The notes under the pieces are model-generated. The model ran no database searches and was not told the DNA's origin. It worked only from the letters and a program-made list of their open reading frames with translations. The position numbers and the translations under genes were made by a program. Shown here one piece after another: positions 46,501-60,061 of a stretch of DNA of 64,000 bases (within the stretch, counting starts at the first letter, position 1; every line of letters starts with the position of its first letter). The stretch comes from Azolla caroliniana (taxonomy: Eukaryota > Plantae > Polypodiophyta): assembly GCA_043228905.1 (NCBI GenBank), contig JBHGNT010000013.1:12462001-12526000 (forward strand), given 5' to 3'.

Positions 46501-49500
46501 TAGGAGAGTTTGGTTCTCCGATAGCGGAGGTTGTACGATAGCCGACGTAGTTGGCCGGGAATAGAAGCGGGCGGAGGAGCGACTTCGGGCATGCGGAGTC
46601 CTCGGCCCTCGAGAAGAAATCAACAGAGCCATGGAGGCGGTCTCTTTCGACGACACCTTAGGGAAGTTACGGGAGGTGTTGGAGAAGGCCTTAATGAGGA
46701 CCGGACGATTCCGGTATGTTCAGAAAGGATGTACGAAGTCATCGCCGACTTCGGTAATGGACTCGAGTCGGATCGGACGGCCCGAGTGGATATGAAGTAC
46801 AAGACTGTGGACCTGAAGGTGAGGCCAGTCGCGGCACCCTTGCCGGAGGGCAGCAAGTTACGGATAAAAGGGGTCACGTCGGACCCAAGTTTACGAGATC
46901 CAGCCAGCATAGAACACACGTTCACCGACATAACGCTACGGGAGCTCAAGATCGGTGGGGGTGGCTTTCTACTGCCGGCGGAAGAGGACCGGTTTCGAAG
47001 AATGCACGGGAGGCACGGGAAGGCTTCCACATTCTCACCGGAGGAGATCGGGTGCATAGACTCGACGGTTGTGGAACCAATGGTGATCTTCACAGTACCG
47101 CATGTGTCGTGGAATCTCAAACAGATTCCGATATCCAGAGCTCACATCCCGAAGCTGATGGAGCTGCTGAAACAAAACGTGGAGATGGGCATCCTCGAAC
47201 CATTGAGTGCCCCATACTCGAATCGGTGGTTTACTGTGCCAAAGAAGAACGCCACGTTGCGCTTTATTCAAGACCTGTAGCCGGTCAACAAGGTGACCAT
47301 TCGGAACGCTGGAATCGGACCGACCACAGACGAGTTCGCGGAGGCCTTCGCCGGAAGGTCGATTTACTCAGTCGGTGATCTGTACTCGGGGTACAATCAG
47401 TTCCAACTAGCCGTGGAGAGCAGGGACATTACGACGATGCGAACTCCTCTCGGCCTAGTGCGGATGTGTACCTTCCCGCAACAAGGGACGAACTTGGTAG
47501 CCTACATGATGAACGCAATGAACAAAGTGTTGAGGGATTGTATCCCAAACATCACCATGTCATTTCTGGACGACATCCCAATCAAAGGATGTCTGGTGGA
47601 GGACAAGGACGAGTCTTTCGGGCCCGACGGTTGCCGGAGGTTCGTGACGGATCACATCCGCGACTGCGAGAAGGTGTTACATAGACTCGAGAGCATGCGG
47701 CTCACCTTCTCCGGAGAAAAATCAGCCTTCGGACAGCCGGAGATCCTGGTAGTCGGACACCTGTGCGGGCCTTACGGCCGAAAGCCGTCCCCGGCGAAGG
47801 TAGAAGCCATCTCTGCGATGAAGGATGATTGCAGGCCAGTTACAGAGATCCAAAGGATCCTGGGGGCATGTGCGTTCTGCTATATCTAGATCCCGCATTA
47901 CACCCACGTCGCGGAGCCGCTCTATGGGTTGCTGAAAAAAGGGCGTAAATTCGAATGGAGAGACAAGCATACAGAGTCGGTCCGGAAGATGAAAGAAGCA
48001 CTTGCCGCGGCACCAGCGCTCCGAAAGGTTGTCTACGGCAAAGACACTCCAATTTACGTGACGGTAGACACGAGACCGATCGGGATCGGATGGGTGATCA
48101 ACCAAGAGGATAACGATGGCGCGAGGTTCCCCATCCGGTTCGGCGCGAAAGTCCTCAGTGAGTGACAGCGAGGATACGCCCAAGTTAAACGCGAACTCTG
48201 GGGTATCGTTTCGATGGTCAAGGCCAATAAAGACTACCTGATCGGGACAGAGGTGATAATCGAGACGGACTGCCTGCTGATTCTCGGCATGGTTTCCGGA
48301 TGCACGACGCTGGACTTGGCAATGCTCAGGTGGATAGCGTACATCAAGTCCCTGAATCCGGAAAAGACAATGCCATGGCCGACATGCTTTCGAGAGCGAG
48401 GTTCGATGACGAAAACGGCATGGTTTTGGAGGACGAGGAAGTCGGCGTGGACTTCTTCGAGGCGGCTTACGTAACAACAAGGAAGGGGAGCACTCCGGCA
48501 CTTAACGAATTCGACGAGAGCAAGTACGATGGGGAGTGGCTCCAGATCGGCAGGTGCTTGAAGACAAGGACACCGGACACGGCGTGGACGAAGGAAGAGA
48601 CCAACCGTATTCAGAAGAAAGCATATCGATTCTTCCTACAGGACGGGAGCATATGGAAGCACCCGACGAAGAGAAACGGCATCCCGCTCCGAGTGGTGGC
48701 GAGGAAAGAGGAACAGGAAGAATTGTTGATGGCATACAACGAGAGTCCCTAGGCCGGACACCACGGGACGTGGGCCACATTCGAGAAGCTAAAGGGGAAG
48801 TACTGGTGGCCGGGACGTGCATCGGTTCGTGACGACGTGCGAAAGTTGTCAGGTGCACTCCATAGTCCGACATCGAGACGAGCTTCACCCAACCTACCCT
48901 CCGACCGTCCACTTCAAGTGGATGGTGGATCTGGTGACGATGCTGATGGGGGTAGGGCAGATGCGGTATCTGGTGCTAGCTCAGGAGGACCTGACGAACC
49001 AGGTGGAAGGTCGAGCGTTGCAGAACAAAACGACCGCGGTCGTGTGCCGATTTTTTATCAAAGAAGTGGTATGCCGGTACAGGTGCGTAGGTAAGATCGT
49101 GGCCGACCGCGGAGAATTGGACACGCAAGAGGCAGAAGAGTTGTTTGACCGACTAGGGATTAAACTCTCGCTCACCACAGCGTACAATCCGGAGGCTAAC
49201 GGGAAGGTGGAACGCGGACACGGGCCGATCGTCAAAGCGTTAGTACGGGCATGTGGAGGCCAAGTCGGGAACAAGCCGCGGCTCTTACCCTATGCATTGT
49301 GGGCGGACCGAACTACACACAGTTCGGTAACCGGGTTCATGCCGGCAGAGCTAATGTTCGGCCAAAAGCCGATCATGCCAACAGAGTAGACAATCTCCTC
49401 ATGGGCCGCGGTGGACTAGAAAGACGAGATGAGCCGGGAGGAGCTGTTAGTGGCACGGATTCAACAGCTGGAGCGAAGACCGGAGGATGTGGACCGAACC

Positions 49501-50609
49501 GCGGAGAAGTTACGGGTGGCGAGGGTAAAGAACAAAGGACAGTTCGACCGGACTCACCGACTGAGACCGAAGAAGATCGAGGAAGGCGATTGGGTTCTAG
49601 TGTATGACAGCAGCCTCGACAACCAGCACAAGGCAATGCGGAAGTTTGCAAGAAGGTGGTTCGGGCCTTATGTGGTGACAAGCGCCAACAACAATGGGAC
49701 CTACCATCTCGCGGAGCTCGACGGGACAAGGATGGCGGTGCCGGTGGTGGGGAAAAGGATCAAAGCATTCAAAAAGCAGCACGAGGCTGAACCGAACCCG
49801 GATGACCTAGATGGCGACAACGACCGGCTCAGAACGGATGTCGATCCGGAAGATGAAGGATAAGCGTGGGCCAGTCTTCTCCGGCAAGAGTCTAATTTTG
49901 GCACATACCGGTGGATGCGCGGTTAGGTGGGGGCGGATGTCGTGGAGAAAACCGTCCCTAGGTGGAAACCAGGTATAACGTGCGTAAACCAGCCCTTACA
50001 CGTGGGCACAAGTTTTGTTGTATAGTACGCAAATAGGTACAAGTCGGCTGAGGTGAAATCCTAGGTAGCACGCATTCATTAGGGAGAAAATCGAGGCGTA
50101 TCCCTATCCGAAAGGACAGGGAATAAACATGATGTAACGGGTGGTAACGGCCTCCCTCCTTGGGCTATAAAAGAGAGGGAGAGGTATTGTAAAGATATCG
50201 CATTTTGTGGAGGACGAAGTGTTGCCGAACTAGAACCGAGCTTTTCTCCTCTGTCTTCTCCATAGTCGTTCTGTGCAGGTTTTCGGGAGGTTGACTCTGC
50301 TTCGTGGAACGCTGGAGTGCTTCCGGCAGAGTCTCCATCTCGTGTTCTGTGTGTGTGGGTGTGTGTGCAGGCGTCGGAGCCTATCACTCGCCGGCTTACC
50401 GGTTGTAACTCCTTGATTTATATATACATAAACATTCGTTCTATCTCCATTGTTCAGAGTTAGTTGCAACTCATGTGAATCTGTGTGTCGGTGCGCATGT
50501 GAAGTACATAATATGTAGTTTCCTTCCCCTCTTCTCATTCGGTTATTTCTCGGTCCAAGGCCCCCATGGTCCCGCCTTGTTCTCCACGCGCACACGTAAC
50601 AACGGGACA
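43587..50609 (+). mobile_element. Full-length decayed Gypsy L; LTRs 43587-44255 and 49938-50609
   Basis: TG...CA LTRs; 4-bp TSD GCAT/ACAT; PBS TGGTGAACCTGATGTGAA at 44260-44277; PPT GGTTAGGTGGGGGCGGA; gag-PR-RT-RH-IN fragments at 44300-49863. Confidence 0.93.
44300..49863 (+). pseudogene. Gypsy L gag-pol, multiple stops and frameshifts
   Basis: CLWCDVVGHARKDC knuckle, ALVDHGSEINLM protease, SFLDDIPIKG RT, AYNPEANGKVER integrase, RWFGPY. Confidence 0.9.
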
Positions 50610-52067
50610 ACATGTAGTAGAAGTGCATGAGCCGGAGAGCTATGCAGAAGCGGCGAAGGACGTGAATTGGCGTGCCGCAATGGAGGAAGAGATGCGCGCA
50701 TTGGCAGAGAATGAAACTTGGGACCTAGTCAACGCACCGAAGGGTGTGAAGCCGATCGGATGCAGGTGGGTGTACAAGGTCAAGTACAACACCGACGGCT
50801 CAGTCAACCGATACAAGGCCTGGTTAGACAATCTACTGCGACAACCTCAGCAGCATCCAGTTAGCTAAGAACCCCATCTTCCACACCCGGACTAAGCACA
50901 TTGAGGTGCACTACCATTTTGTTTGTGCGCGTGTCCTCTCCGGTGACGTCGAACTTCAGTATGTTCCGACGGATCGGCAGAACACCGACATCTTCACCAA
51001 GCCTCTTGGTCTGGACAAGTTGCGGCAATTCTCGGTTGTGCTTGGGTTGCATCACCTCGACGTGCCGAACTTGAGGGGGAGAGACGTCCCGAATGACCAT
51101 AGAAGAGGGAGAGAAGTTCTGGAAGACGACGCCGAGTCGGCTGAAGAAGCCGAGGGCGGACCTGCGGAAGATTCCGAAAGCAGTCATAAGGGGAGCAGTC
51201 GAAAGAAAGAGCCAAAGCCAACCAAGGGCGAGAAGATCGAAGATGAGTTGGAGACAGCCAACTCGGACGAGAACGAAAACCGATTGGAGGAAGCCGAGTC
51301 GGTTCGGATGTTTGATTCGGATACGCTGAATCAACCAAGGACCAAGCAGAAGAGAAGGCAACAGAAGAGGCGCCAACACCGCAACAACAAGGAAGCTGAG
51401 AAGGGCCATGTAAGCAAACAAGCCGACCAAAAGAGTCGAGGCGCGCAGAATCGAACGGGTCGAGGAGCGCGAGCGAGGCGTGAAGCCAGAAGGAACCGGA
51501 GCGTAGATCCGGCGGAGCAGGTTGAACCTCAAGTTGAGCTTGAGGGGGAGTGTTGAGAGACAAGCTCAACATTCGTGCGTAATACGATGCGTAACCCAGT
51601 GCGTAGACTGGGTGCGTAAATCGGTACACATAACATGGTCATATCAGTGCGTAAACCGGAAGGCCGTTAGTATTATATTCCTCGTAAGGAATAATTTTGG
51701 GAGTTAGTGTAGAGCTCACTTATGAGCATTGAAGTACGTGTCAGTACTTCTGTCAGTCCGTATGGACTTGTATAAAAGTGCTCACTGAGCACATCCTATG
51801 TACAGATTGAGTATTTTTTTGAATTGAGTTTTTTTCTGTGTGTTCTCTCTCTCTGTCTCTCCCGCGTATTGTGCATATACAAGCTCTCCATTAAACCTGC
51901 GTATTTTCGGTGTTCGGTTTCCTATTGCTTCCGCACATAATCTTTTTCAATTTGAATGGAATAAATATATAGAACTTGAAGGGATGTTTGCAACAAGATA
52001 TGCTACGATTTTTGTGTGAATGCAACATTCTGATAGGCAAAGAATTACAAGCATTGGCCCTTAAAAT

Positions 52068-52674
52068 TGTTGAGGATCTTACCGGCCACAACCGGTTAAC
52101 ACAATTACGTATGCAGGTGCAAAGATCAAGAGGATAGTACACAGGCAACAAAATAACAAAAATACACAGACACATTGTTGTTTACATGAAAAACCCGAAA
52201 TGGGAAAAACCACAAGAGACTAGAGACTCTGAACTATCACACTATATGAGTAAGAGGAATACAATAGGAACCTACAAGGTGTCGACCTTGGGTTCTTCTT
52301 CGTCTAAACAGACAGCTATGGAGAAGTTACTCACTCTCACTCTCTTACACTCACTTAGTTATAGAGGCAACTACCAACTATAACATTTTAGCAACTATAC
52401 AACTATGATAATCCTCATCACATAATGATTGCCCTAGGTGTATTAATACTGATACAAATTTAAGGGCTATTTACAAATATAGCCCTCAAGGGCACATTAA
52501 CTCTATTTACAGATATAGCCCCGAGTTGGTTTTGACCAATTCGGTTATTAGCTGAATCGATTCGTATTCAATTTTCGGCCACAACCGAAGCGAACAACCG
52601 GTTTGACCGATTCGGTTCTCCCTTTTCTTCGACTCATGCTCCTCTTCCCATCCGGAGGGACCTGTTACCTAACA
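52068..52674 (-). mobile_element. Copia solo LTR (607 bp), F-related
   Basis: TGTTG...AACA; TSD AAAAT (52063-52067 / 52675-52679); shares CCATCCGGAGGGACC and GGGCTATTTACAA with the F LTR. Confidence 0.88.
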
Positions 52675-52880
52675 AAAATTCTGTCACAATCTTGTAGACC
52701 TTCATAGATGGAAGATTGTTTAGCACAATGGTCACATTGCAACCAAAAGGAGCAATCAATTGGCACTAAAAAACCAATGACATAGCTTTTGTGGTAATAA
52801 ATATGTGCTTGATAAGTTGATTGAGGTTTCTTCTATGCTTTGTAATGCAAGTAAAAAGTTTATAGGCTTACACAGAGAGT

Positions 52881-53447
52881 TAGCAATCGGCAACGATTCG
52901 GTTTGAACCATGAAACCATGGCTTAATGACTTAACGGTTTGAACGGTTCAGTTCGGTTTGGTTCAAGTTCAGGTGTTTTTTAATTGTTTGGTTTTGGTTC
53001 GATTAAGTTTAGGGGGGTCAAGAGTTTGGTTTGGTTTGGTTCAAACGGTTCAAGCGGTTTAAATGGTTTAAGGTTGTCACTTGATTATTTTTCTAAACAA
53101 CCTTTCATTTTAAGTCTAATTCTGACATTTTAGGGAAAAAATTAAAATTTTGAAAGATTTAAAATTTTAAAATTTTAATTTGAAATTTGACCTAACTTGA
53201 AAATTGAAACCGAATCGCGAAACGGTGGTTTTAACTGTGTAATGATTTTATGGTTTGAAAAGCTTTAAAACTATTTGGTTTGAGTTTGGATTTTCTTTAA
53301 CGGTTCGGTTTGAACGGTTTTGGTTTAAATGGTTTTTTGGTTTGGTTTGGTTTAAGTTTCAATTTTCCTAAAGAGTTTGGTTTTAAACAATTTGAGTTTG
53401 ACATCCTCAAATCAAACTGAATCAAACCAAATCATTGCCAATTGCTA
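52881..53447. mobile_element. hAT-type MITE / non-autonomous DNA transposon
   Basis: 26-bp TIRs TAGCAATYGGCAAYGATTYGGTTTGA (3 transition mismatches); 8-bp TSD CAGAGAGT/CACAGAGT; many internal AACGGTT and GGTTT motifs. Confidence 0.8.
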
Positions 53448-55312
53448 CACAGAGTATTCCACCTATAGTTGGCAAGGATGATGGAAAAGGAGGAGTCTAA
53501 TCACGAGAGGATGTAGAAGACAAAAGATATTTGAGGACATTAATGGAGTTAGGGAGGAACAAAACAAAGGTAATGTGCGCATATATATTATTATTATTTA
53601 TATATGCTAGTGCATATGTATATATTACAGGACATGTATTTAAGAATATTGACACACACAAGGACATGCCAAATGTGAATATTATAACTATACACATATC
53701 CAAAAAGACCTTCCATAAATATAAAAAAATTAACATAGAATCATGAGTAGGAAAACAATTACATAATTGGATGTGTAATAATTCACAATAAAATCTAAAA
53801 TTTCTCATGGAGGCACTACAATCTCCTTTCATGTGGTAGGTAATGGTTTCTCCAAATAGAAATTGCGCAAGATCCTATTTGTATACAATGCATGCCATTG
53901 TAGAAGGCAAATGCATGAAACCTTGCATTGGTATTCTTAATGATCGTGAGATTCAGTGCAAACTTTTTATCGATCTCTTGGATCTTGCTCCGTCTTCCGG
54001 GTAACATTTACCCAATAATGTATTGCCTATAGGGATTCGCCTTTTCTAGACCTCTTGGATCTTGCCAAATCTTTTTTAAAGAATGTAACAAATTCTCTTC
54101 TATAAATTGAATATCTCTTGAATTCTTATATATTCATTACATTTTATTGATCTTCCCCATCAGTCAAGGAAAAGTCCTTTGTTAACAACAAAAAAATGTT
54201 GTTTCAAAAAATGTAGCTTGATCTTTGGTACATACATATAGATCTCTTTTTCTGTTTTCTTTTTATCAATCCCATATGCAACTTGCCTAGCATTTTGGGG
54301 AAATAAATGGCGACTCTGCGAATAAAGAAATGATTCCCGAATCGTTAAGACTCCTGCATTCACCATCCCTTTGAGTTTTCAACACTTCTAGTTGCCTCCT
54401 CTTTTCTCTTTTTCCTCTTTCTTAGATACTTAAGTTTGGATTGACATAACTCAAGTAGACAAACATGCATGGAGTAGCCCTTCTATCATCAAATCAACAT
54501 GTCATTAGATGTTCAAAAATTATCATGTCAGTATCCCCTATGGCAAAAATTATCATGTTCAAAAATTATCGTGCCTATATATTATGTGGCAAATGGCACA
54601 TCATCCACAGTTTGCACTCAAATTACTCGAAACAATCATAATTGCAGTCTTCAGCAACCTATGGCGATTAGAGCATAGAAACCTTACTAGACCAATGGGA
54701 GTAGACCTTCAAGCATTGATTGTGTCATTTACCATGTTGACATCCATCATGCAGCAAATGCATCGTCAAGTTTGTCTAATTGAGCACTCCAAACCATCAA
54801 TATAAAATTGCACACTTGAGTACCTATGGTGATGATGATTGGGAAGTATCAAAGCCTTATTAGAGCAGCCAATGTATGATTTTGACATGAGTGGTGTCAA
54901 GTAGTAGGCTTAACATATATGTATCTCAAAGTATGCTAACACTTCGTTAGTTTTTGCCCCTAAGGTGTTGTCAAACCTACCTAGAAAATGTATGGTTGCA
55001 CGTCGTTGTGCGGATTTGCATGTATGATTGTTTACACACCCTTTCATAGGGGATAGATAACAAAGGAATAAATGTATGATTGGTTGTTTGTGGATGGGGT
55101 GTTTTGAGCCGTTGTAAAAATGAAAGTAGTGCACTAGGAAATGGCTTCAAACAATAGGCAAAAAAGAGATAGCGGGCTCCCTCCTGTTCAGAGTAAAAAA
55201 ATGTCGGTTAATCTTGTATGTAAATATTAGTTGTACCTCGGTCAAGCATGCAATGTAGATGTAGTTTGATGATGATCTCAAGTGGTTTAGTCAAATTTCT
55301 CTATCTCCTTCA

Positions 55313-55315
<3 letters not shown>

Positions 55316-55382
<67 letters not shown>
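55316..55382. repeat. (CT)n microsatellite, ~33 units
   Basis: Direct inspection. Confidence 0.95.
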
Positions 55383-55385
<3 letters not shown>

Positions 55386-56525
55386 TTTCAGCATCACGTG
55401 CATATCAGTTCGAAATAATCATCACACCCTCACATCTCTCTCGCATGGGTACACATCCCATTATTGTAATCATTTGTCTCACGGGCCAATGTTGGTCTTA
55501 GAAGACATTAATATATATACATATACCTTTCTTTCTCTCTCAGCCGCTCTACGAGATATCATAATTTTGATTTTTTAATCTTGGTGACATTTATCATTGA
55601 ACTAAAAGCTAGTAAATTATTACATGTTTAGGGTAAGATACATATTTCTAAATATTCACAAGGGTAGTTGTGACCTTTTAACCCCTCCAATATGAGCACA
55701 AATTCTCCATATTTTTCCCCAAAACAATATGTTTCCTTTTGGACAATGTACCAATGTTTTTGTTGTGTTATGTTTTCAACCAATCTAAGGAACCACCTCT
55801 AGAGCCATATATGTTTCCTTCTAGAATTAGCTAGGGTTGGTCATTCTTTGGTGCCTCTCTACGGTTATCTTGTTTCCTGTGTTGTAATGGACAAATGAAC
55901 TATTGACATGCTCCCCAACACACACACACACATGCACGCCATCTGCATAGGAAATTAGATTTCTAAGTTTTTCTACACAAGCTAACTAATTTATCGGATG
56001 TACGTTCATAAATTGATTTCGATCTACCTCACCTAAATTTCTCGTGCTTCATTCATGACACAAGTATGAAAGAACTTTTTTGTGTCCAAGATACAGAGTG
56101 CATAACTTAGCCTGAAGGATTAAGCAAGGCCATAGGTGTTAGGTTCACCATTCAACCATGAATATTTGTCATGAAGCGGGGTGGGGTGTAGCCAAGTAAG
56201 GCTATCTATCGTACTACACAACATAATAGGCTTGCAAGTTAGCACAACATTATGTAGTTCGATACAATAGTACCCCATTACGACATTTTAACCACCTTGG
56301 AATGAGTAAGTATTTCATTGGCAAGCACATTGTGTGCGGTTGAATAAATCAATGGGGACAATATTACCAAGAACTTACATCTTTTTGAAAATTATGTGGA
56401 TGTGACATAAAAGAAAGAAAAGAAAAAGGGTATTTTATGCGCGTGCCCCTCATTTTCATGAAGTCCAATATGAAATAGCCTTACTTCCTTCACTTCCCCT
56501 TCTCTATAGTTCGTTGGGCACACGA

Positions 56526-56647
56526 CACATGAAAATGGTTCAATAGATGAATGTGACAATCCAGCCACTAATAGTATGCACTCCACATGAAAATGGTTTA
56601 ATGGATGAATGTGACAATCCAGCCACTAATGGTATGTGCTCCACATG
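56526..56647. repeat. 59-bp tandem duplication
   Basis: CACATGAAAATGGTT.AAT.GATGAATGTGACAATCCAGCCACTAAT occurs twice. Confidence 0.85.
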
Positions 56648-57060
56648 CACTAAATCTTGCCATAAAAGAGCCAATTGTAGGTGACTCAATGAAAATCCCA
56701 AGAATAGCAATTCCCAATACATATTGTTACATCCACATAAACCCAATATTTGGGGACATCTATAAGGAAATACATAATGAACACCTTATCTCTATGAATT
56801 TTCCCCTTATCTCTTATAAGGTTGTACATGCCATATTTTGGCCTTGAGAGCATAATTCTCTCTCAAATATACAATGTTGTCAAGTGAACATATACATTTT
56901 TGTCAACGGAATTGGCTTTTAAATGAATCTATCAATGATGACTTCAAAAAGTAATGGCAGTTTGAGACATTTAAGAATGCTACTAGTAATTTGGAGAATG
57001 TCTAAAAAATGAGGTTATTCCACAAAAATATGACAACAAAGGAAATCAAATTAGAATTAT

Positions 57061-57207
57061 GCATAATTGAGCCCACCTAAGGAGTCAGCCTTTAGAAGAC
57101 ATGGATAGTAGTTGAGTCCACCACTAAACACCTGCATAATTGAGCCCACCTCAGGAGTTAGCCTTTAGAAGACATGGATAGTAGTTGAGCCCACCACTAA
57201 AAACCTA
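57061..57207. repeat. 73-bp tandem duplication
   Basis: GCATAATTGAGCCCACCT.AGGAGT.AGCCTTTAGAAGACATGGATAGTAGTTGAG at 57061 and 57134. Confidence 0.85.
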
Positions 57208-59924
57208 CATAGTTCCATATGTAATAATTTATGTTAGGTTAATTCCTTTGGCAAGATGGGCCAATTAGCCTATATATATAAGATAATGCATATGCCCACA
57301 TATAGGTAAATAAGCATTTGGCCTAAAGATGGTTTGTTGTCCTTGTGTATGAGATTGAGAGACATCTTCCATTGAATGTTGAAATGCATCGAAGACCATG
57401 GGTTGTCATGTTTTGTTTGCATGTACATGTGTAATAGAAAATAAAGAACAACCAACTAAAAACCTTTGATGATCAACCTAACATGCATCAGACAAATGTA
57501 ATCCCAATCCACTAGTCGCCCTAGTTAATTTCACCCAATGAAAATGTTTCTCCTTGTGTGAGCTTCGTAAAGTTGTAGTCGGAAATGAAATGCACTACTT
57601 TGTCACGACATGTATGGTGGGTGGCAAGAAGAATTCCAAATTCAGCGAATCACAAGGAGTTATTTTGCCCCAAATTGTTGGAATAAGATTAGAAATGCTC
57701 ACACACTTTTCACTTAAGAGAACCTCACCAAATAGGCTTACAATAGGTTTCCCTCAAGAAGTCAAGGAAATTTAGGGGGTTATATGCCAAGTAGGTGTGG
57801 TGTGGATGTTAGTTAAGTCAATAGCCAATAAAGAAATCCCAAAGTCGCAATAACCTTGATCTGACCCATTGCAAGCACAAGTAATATCCGCAACAATGAA
57901 CATCATTACTCCCTTGTAAGGAATTGGTGCAAGTGACAAGGAAACTAATTGACTATCATGTTTTGGCCTCAAAAAAGTTCCAAACCTTAGATGCTACACG
58001 TTCGGTCACATTCGCTTTCTTTCCCCTACACGTGTTTTTTTTCTTTATTTCAGTCACAACTACAAATCTTGAACTTCTAAGAGTTCGTTACCAACTGGTC
58101 GACACAGTACACGCGATTGCTTCTCTTTGTTCCAAACATCGTATTTGGCAACAATGAATGCATTGTAGATTTTCTTTTGCAAGAAATAATTGGGAGGGGA
58201 GTAACATTCTTTTGGAAGAGTGGATTTCTCGATTCACAACTCTAAGCAGTGAACTACATAACGTATCTGAAAGCCACCCACATTGTATTGCAAAGGCGAA
58301 AACTTAACTCTAGTTTTATGTATCTAGATTGAGGGGGTAGCCCAAGAGACTTTTACCGCAAGGGGCAAACAATATATATATATAGTGGGTTCTGCCCACA
58401 CTTAGTTGGTTATACGGTTTCTAGATAATGGGTAGTTATGATTGGCGAAGACAATGAAAGCAACCCTTATCTACCGAGTGCTTGGTCGAGCAAGTCATGT
58501 AGCCTGCCAATACCTCGCAGGCGGATGTACCATTTGGAAAGCGACGTATTTGCGAACTAGTTGTACGAGGCGGGCGGGTGGGCGGACGGACAAGACAGAA
58601 CGCATCTAGATGGATTCGTGACACGAGCCCGAAAGCCACTACATATGAGATATAACTATATGTGGAGAGGTGTGTCGGTGTGTAACCCCTCTTAGAGACC
58701 TCAGTTTTTAACAGTGAACCGCCATTTAAACAAAGCCAAACAAATTCCTCTGTTCTTTTTTCATATATCTCTTGCTTTTTTTTTGCTTTTGTTTTTTGAT
58801 TTTTCCTGTTTTTGATTTTTACTGTAGATTTTTGTTTCGTAAATAAATCTCTGAGTTCCTTCTGTCCTCTGAGTTCAGCCCTGCATACAGGGGAATGAAT
58901 GGTGGGTGAGTCAATCAATCATCTCTTCCCTTCAGTCAGATCGATTTGCGCCATTGGCAGAGAAATGGATCTTCTCCGATCAGAACACCATATCCAGACT
59001 CCAGACTCTTTCCGGCAGCCAAAATCTCTGTCAAAAACCTTTCTAATTTCTGCAAAATCAATCAAAAACATCGCCATATTTATTTAATGGTAATATTTTT
59101 TTTCACCCATTTTAATGGCATCCTTCATTCTGTCTGCTGCCATGCATCTGCATCAAACAAATATCATATCAAATCACATATATCGTTTTCTTTTTTTCTG
59201 ATCAGGACGATGATCCCCATGTATAAATATTCTACCCAGCCCCCTCTAAAATCCATTCCTCTGCATCAAATTTACTGCGTTAAAATCCATGCTTCTTCAT
59301 GAGCTTCCATAGCCAAATACCAAAACCTGCAATACACATACAGGTCACATCAGATAAAATCTTCATACCAAAGTAAGAATTAAATCTAGATCTATCGAGA
59401 TCTATCTATATATAGACAGATAGATAGGTAGGTATAGATACAGATATGTATGCATCATCCTTCACTATGCGGACGGAGATAGTAACGATCAGGCACTAGT
59501 TTTCTCGTTTCCCTTCACTATGCGGATGGAGATAGTAATAAAGGTCGCCATAGCCTGCTTTTTTCCCTTTCTGCTTCTACCTTTTCCACTGTCTTACTCG
59601 TACTTTTTCCCTGAACTCATGACGAAACTCATGCTTTCTTTCTTGTTTTCTTTCTTTCTTTCTTTCTAAGTTCTTGTTTTCTTTCTTTCTTGCTTTCTTT
59701 CTGTCTTTCTTCAGACCTAATGTTTCTCCATCGCTCGTGCACTTGGGGATGGGGATGGGGGGGGGGGCTGTGCGATGGTATCCACTTTGCCAGCTGCTAC
59801 TTTCTGAGAATTACTTCCACAGCATAGCAACAAAAATCGCCATTAATTGAATCTGAGCTGTCCACTGCCATAGCTACCAAAGACAATTGTACTCAGAAGA
59901 TTAGGCCCACAGGCCTTCATTCTG

Positions 59925-60012
59925 CTCCTCCTCCTCCTCCTCCTCCTCCTCATCATCACCACTATCACTACCACCAGCATTATCATCATCATCATCACCA
60001 CCACCACTATCA
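59925..60012. repeat. Compound (TCC)n/(CAT)n/(CAC)n microsatellite upstream of the host ATG
   Basis: Direct inspection. Confidence 0.8.
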
Positions 60013-60061
60013 TCTTCTTCACATAGTGCTCTTCGGTTGCAGTGTCTTTTCTGATTCAGCT

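Larger units (their letters stand above)
40363..51949 (+). mobile_element. Copia K (same family as J, RT-deleted), LTRs 40363-40761 and 51551-51949, interrupted by Gypsy L
   Basis: 399-bp LTR pair with visible divergence; PBS TGGTATCAGAGC at 40762; PPT TGAGGGGGAG; TSD not clean (AGTTT / ATTTG). Confidence 0.9.

Noticed and set aside
54500-58100. Possible decayed DNA-transposon (CACTA-like) transposase remnants
   Set aside because: Only a vague short peptide resemblance (LEFFLPPT on the minus strand near 57620), with no TIRs or sustained ORF; needs tBLASTx to support.
58436-58918. 160-aa minus-strand ORF
   Set aside because: Lys-rich portion derives from T-rich promoter/UTR-like sequence; no recognisable motif.
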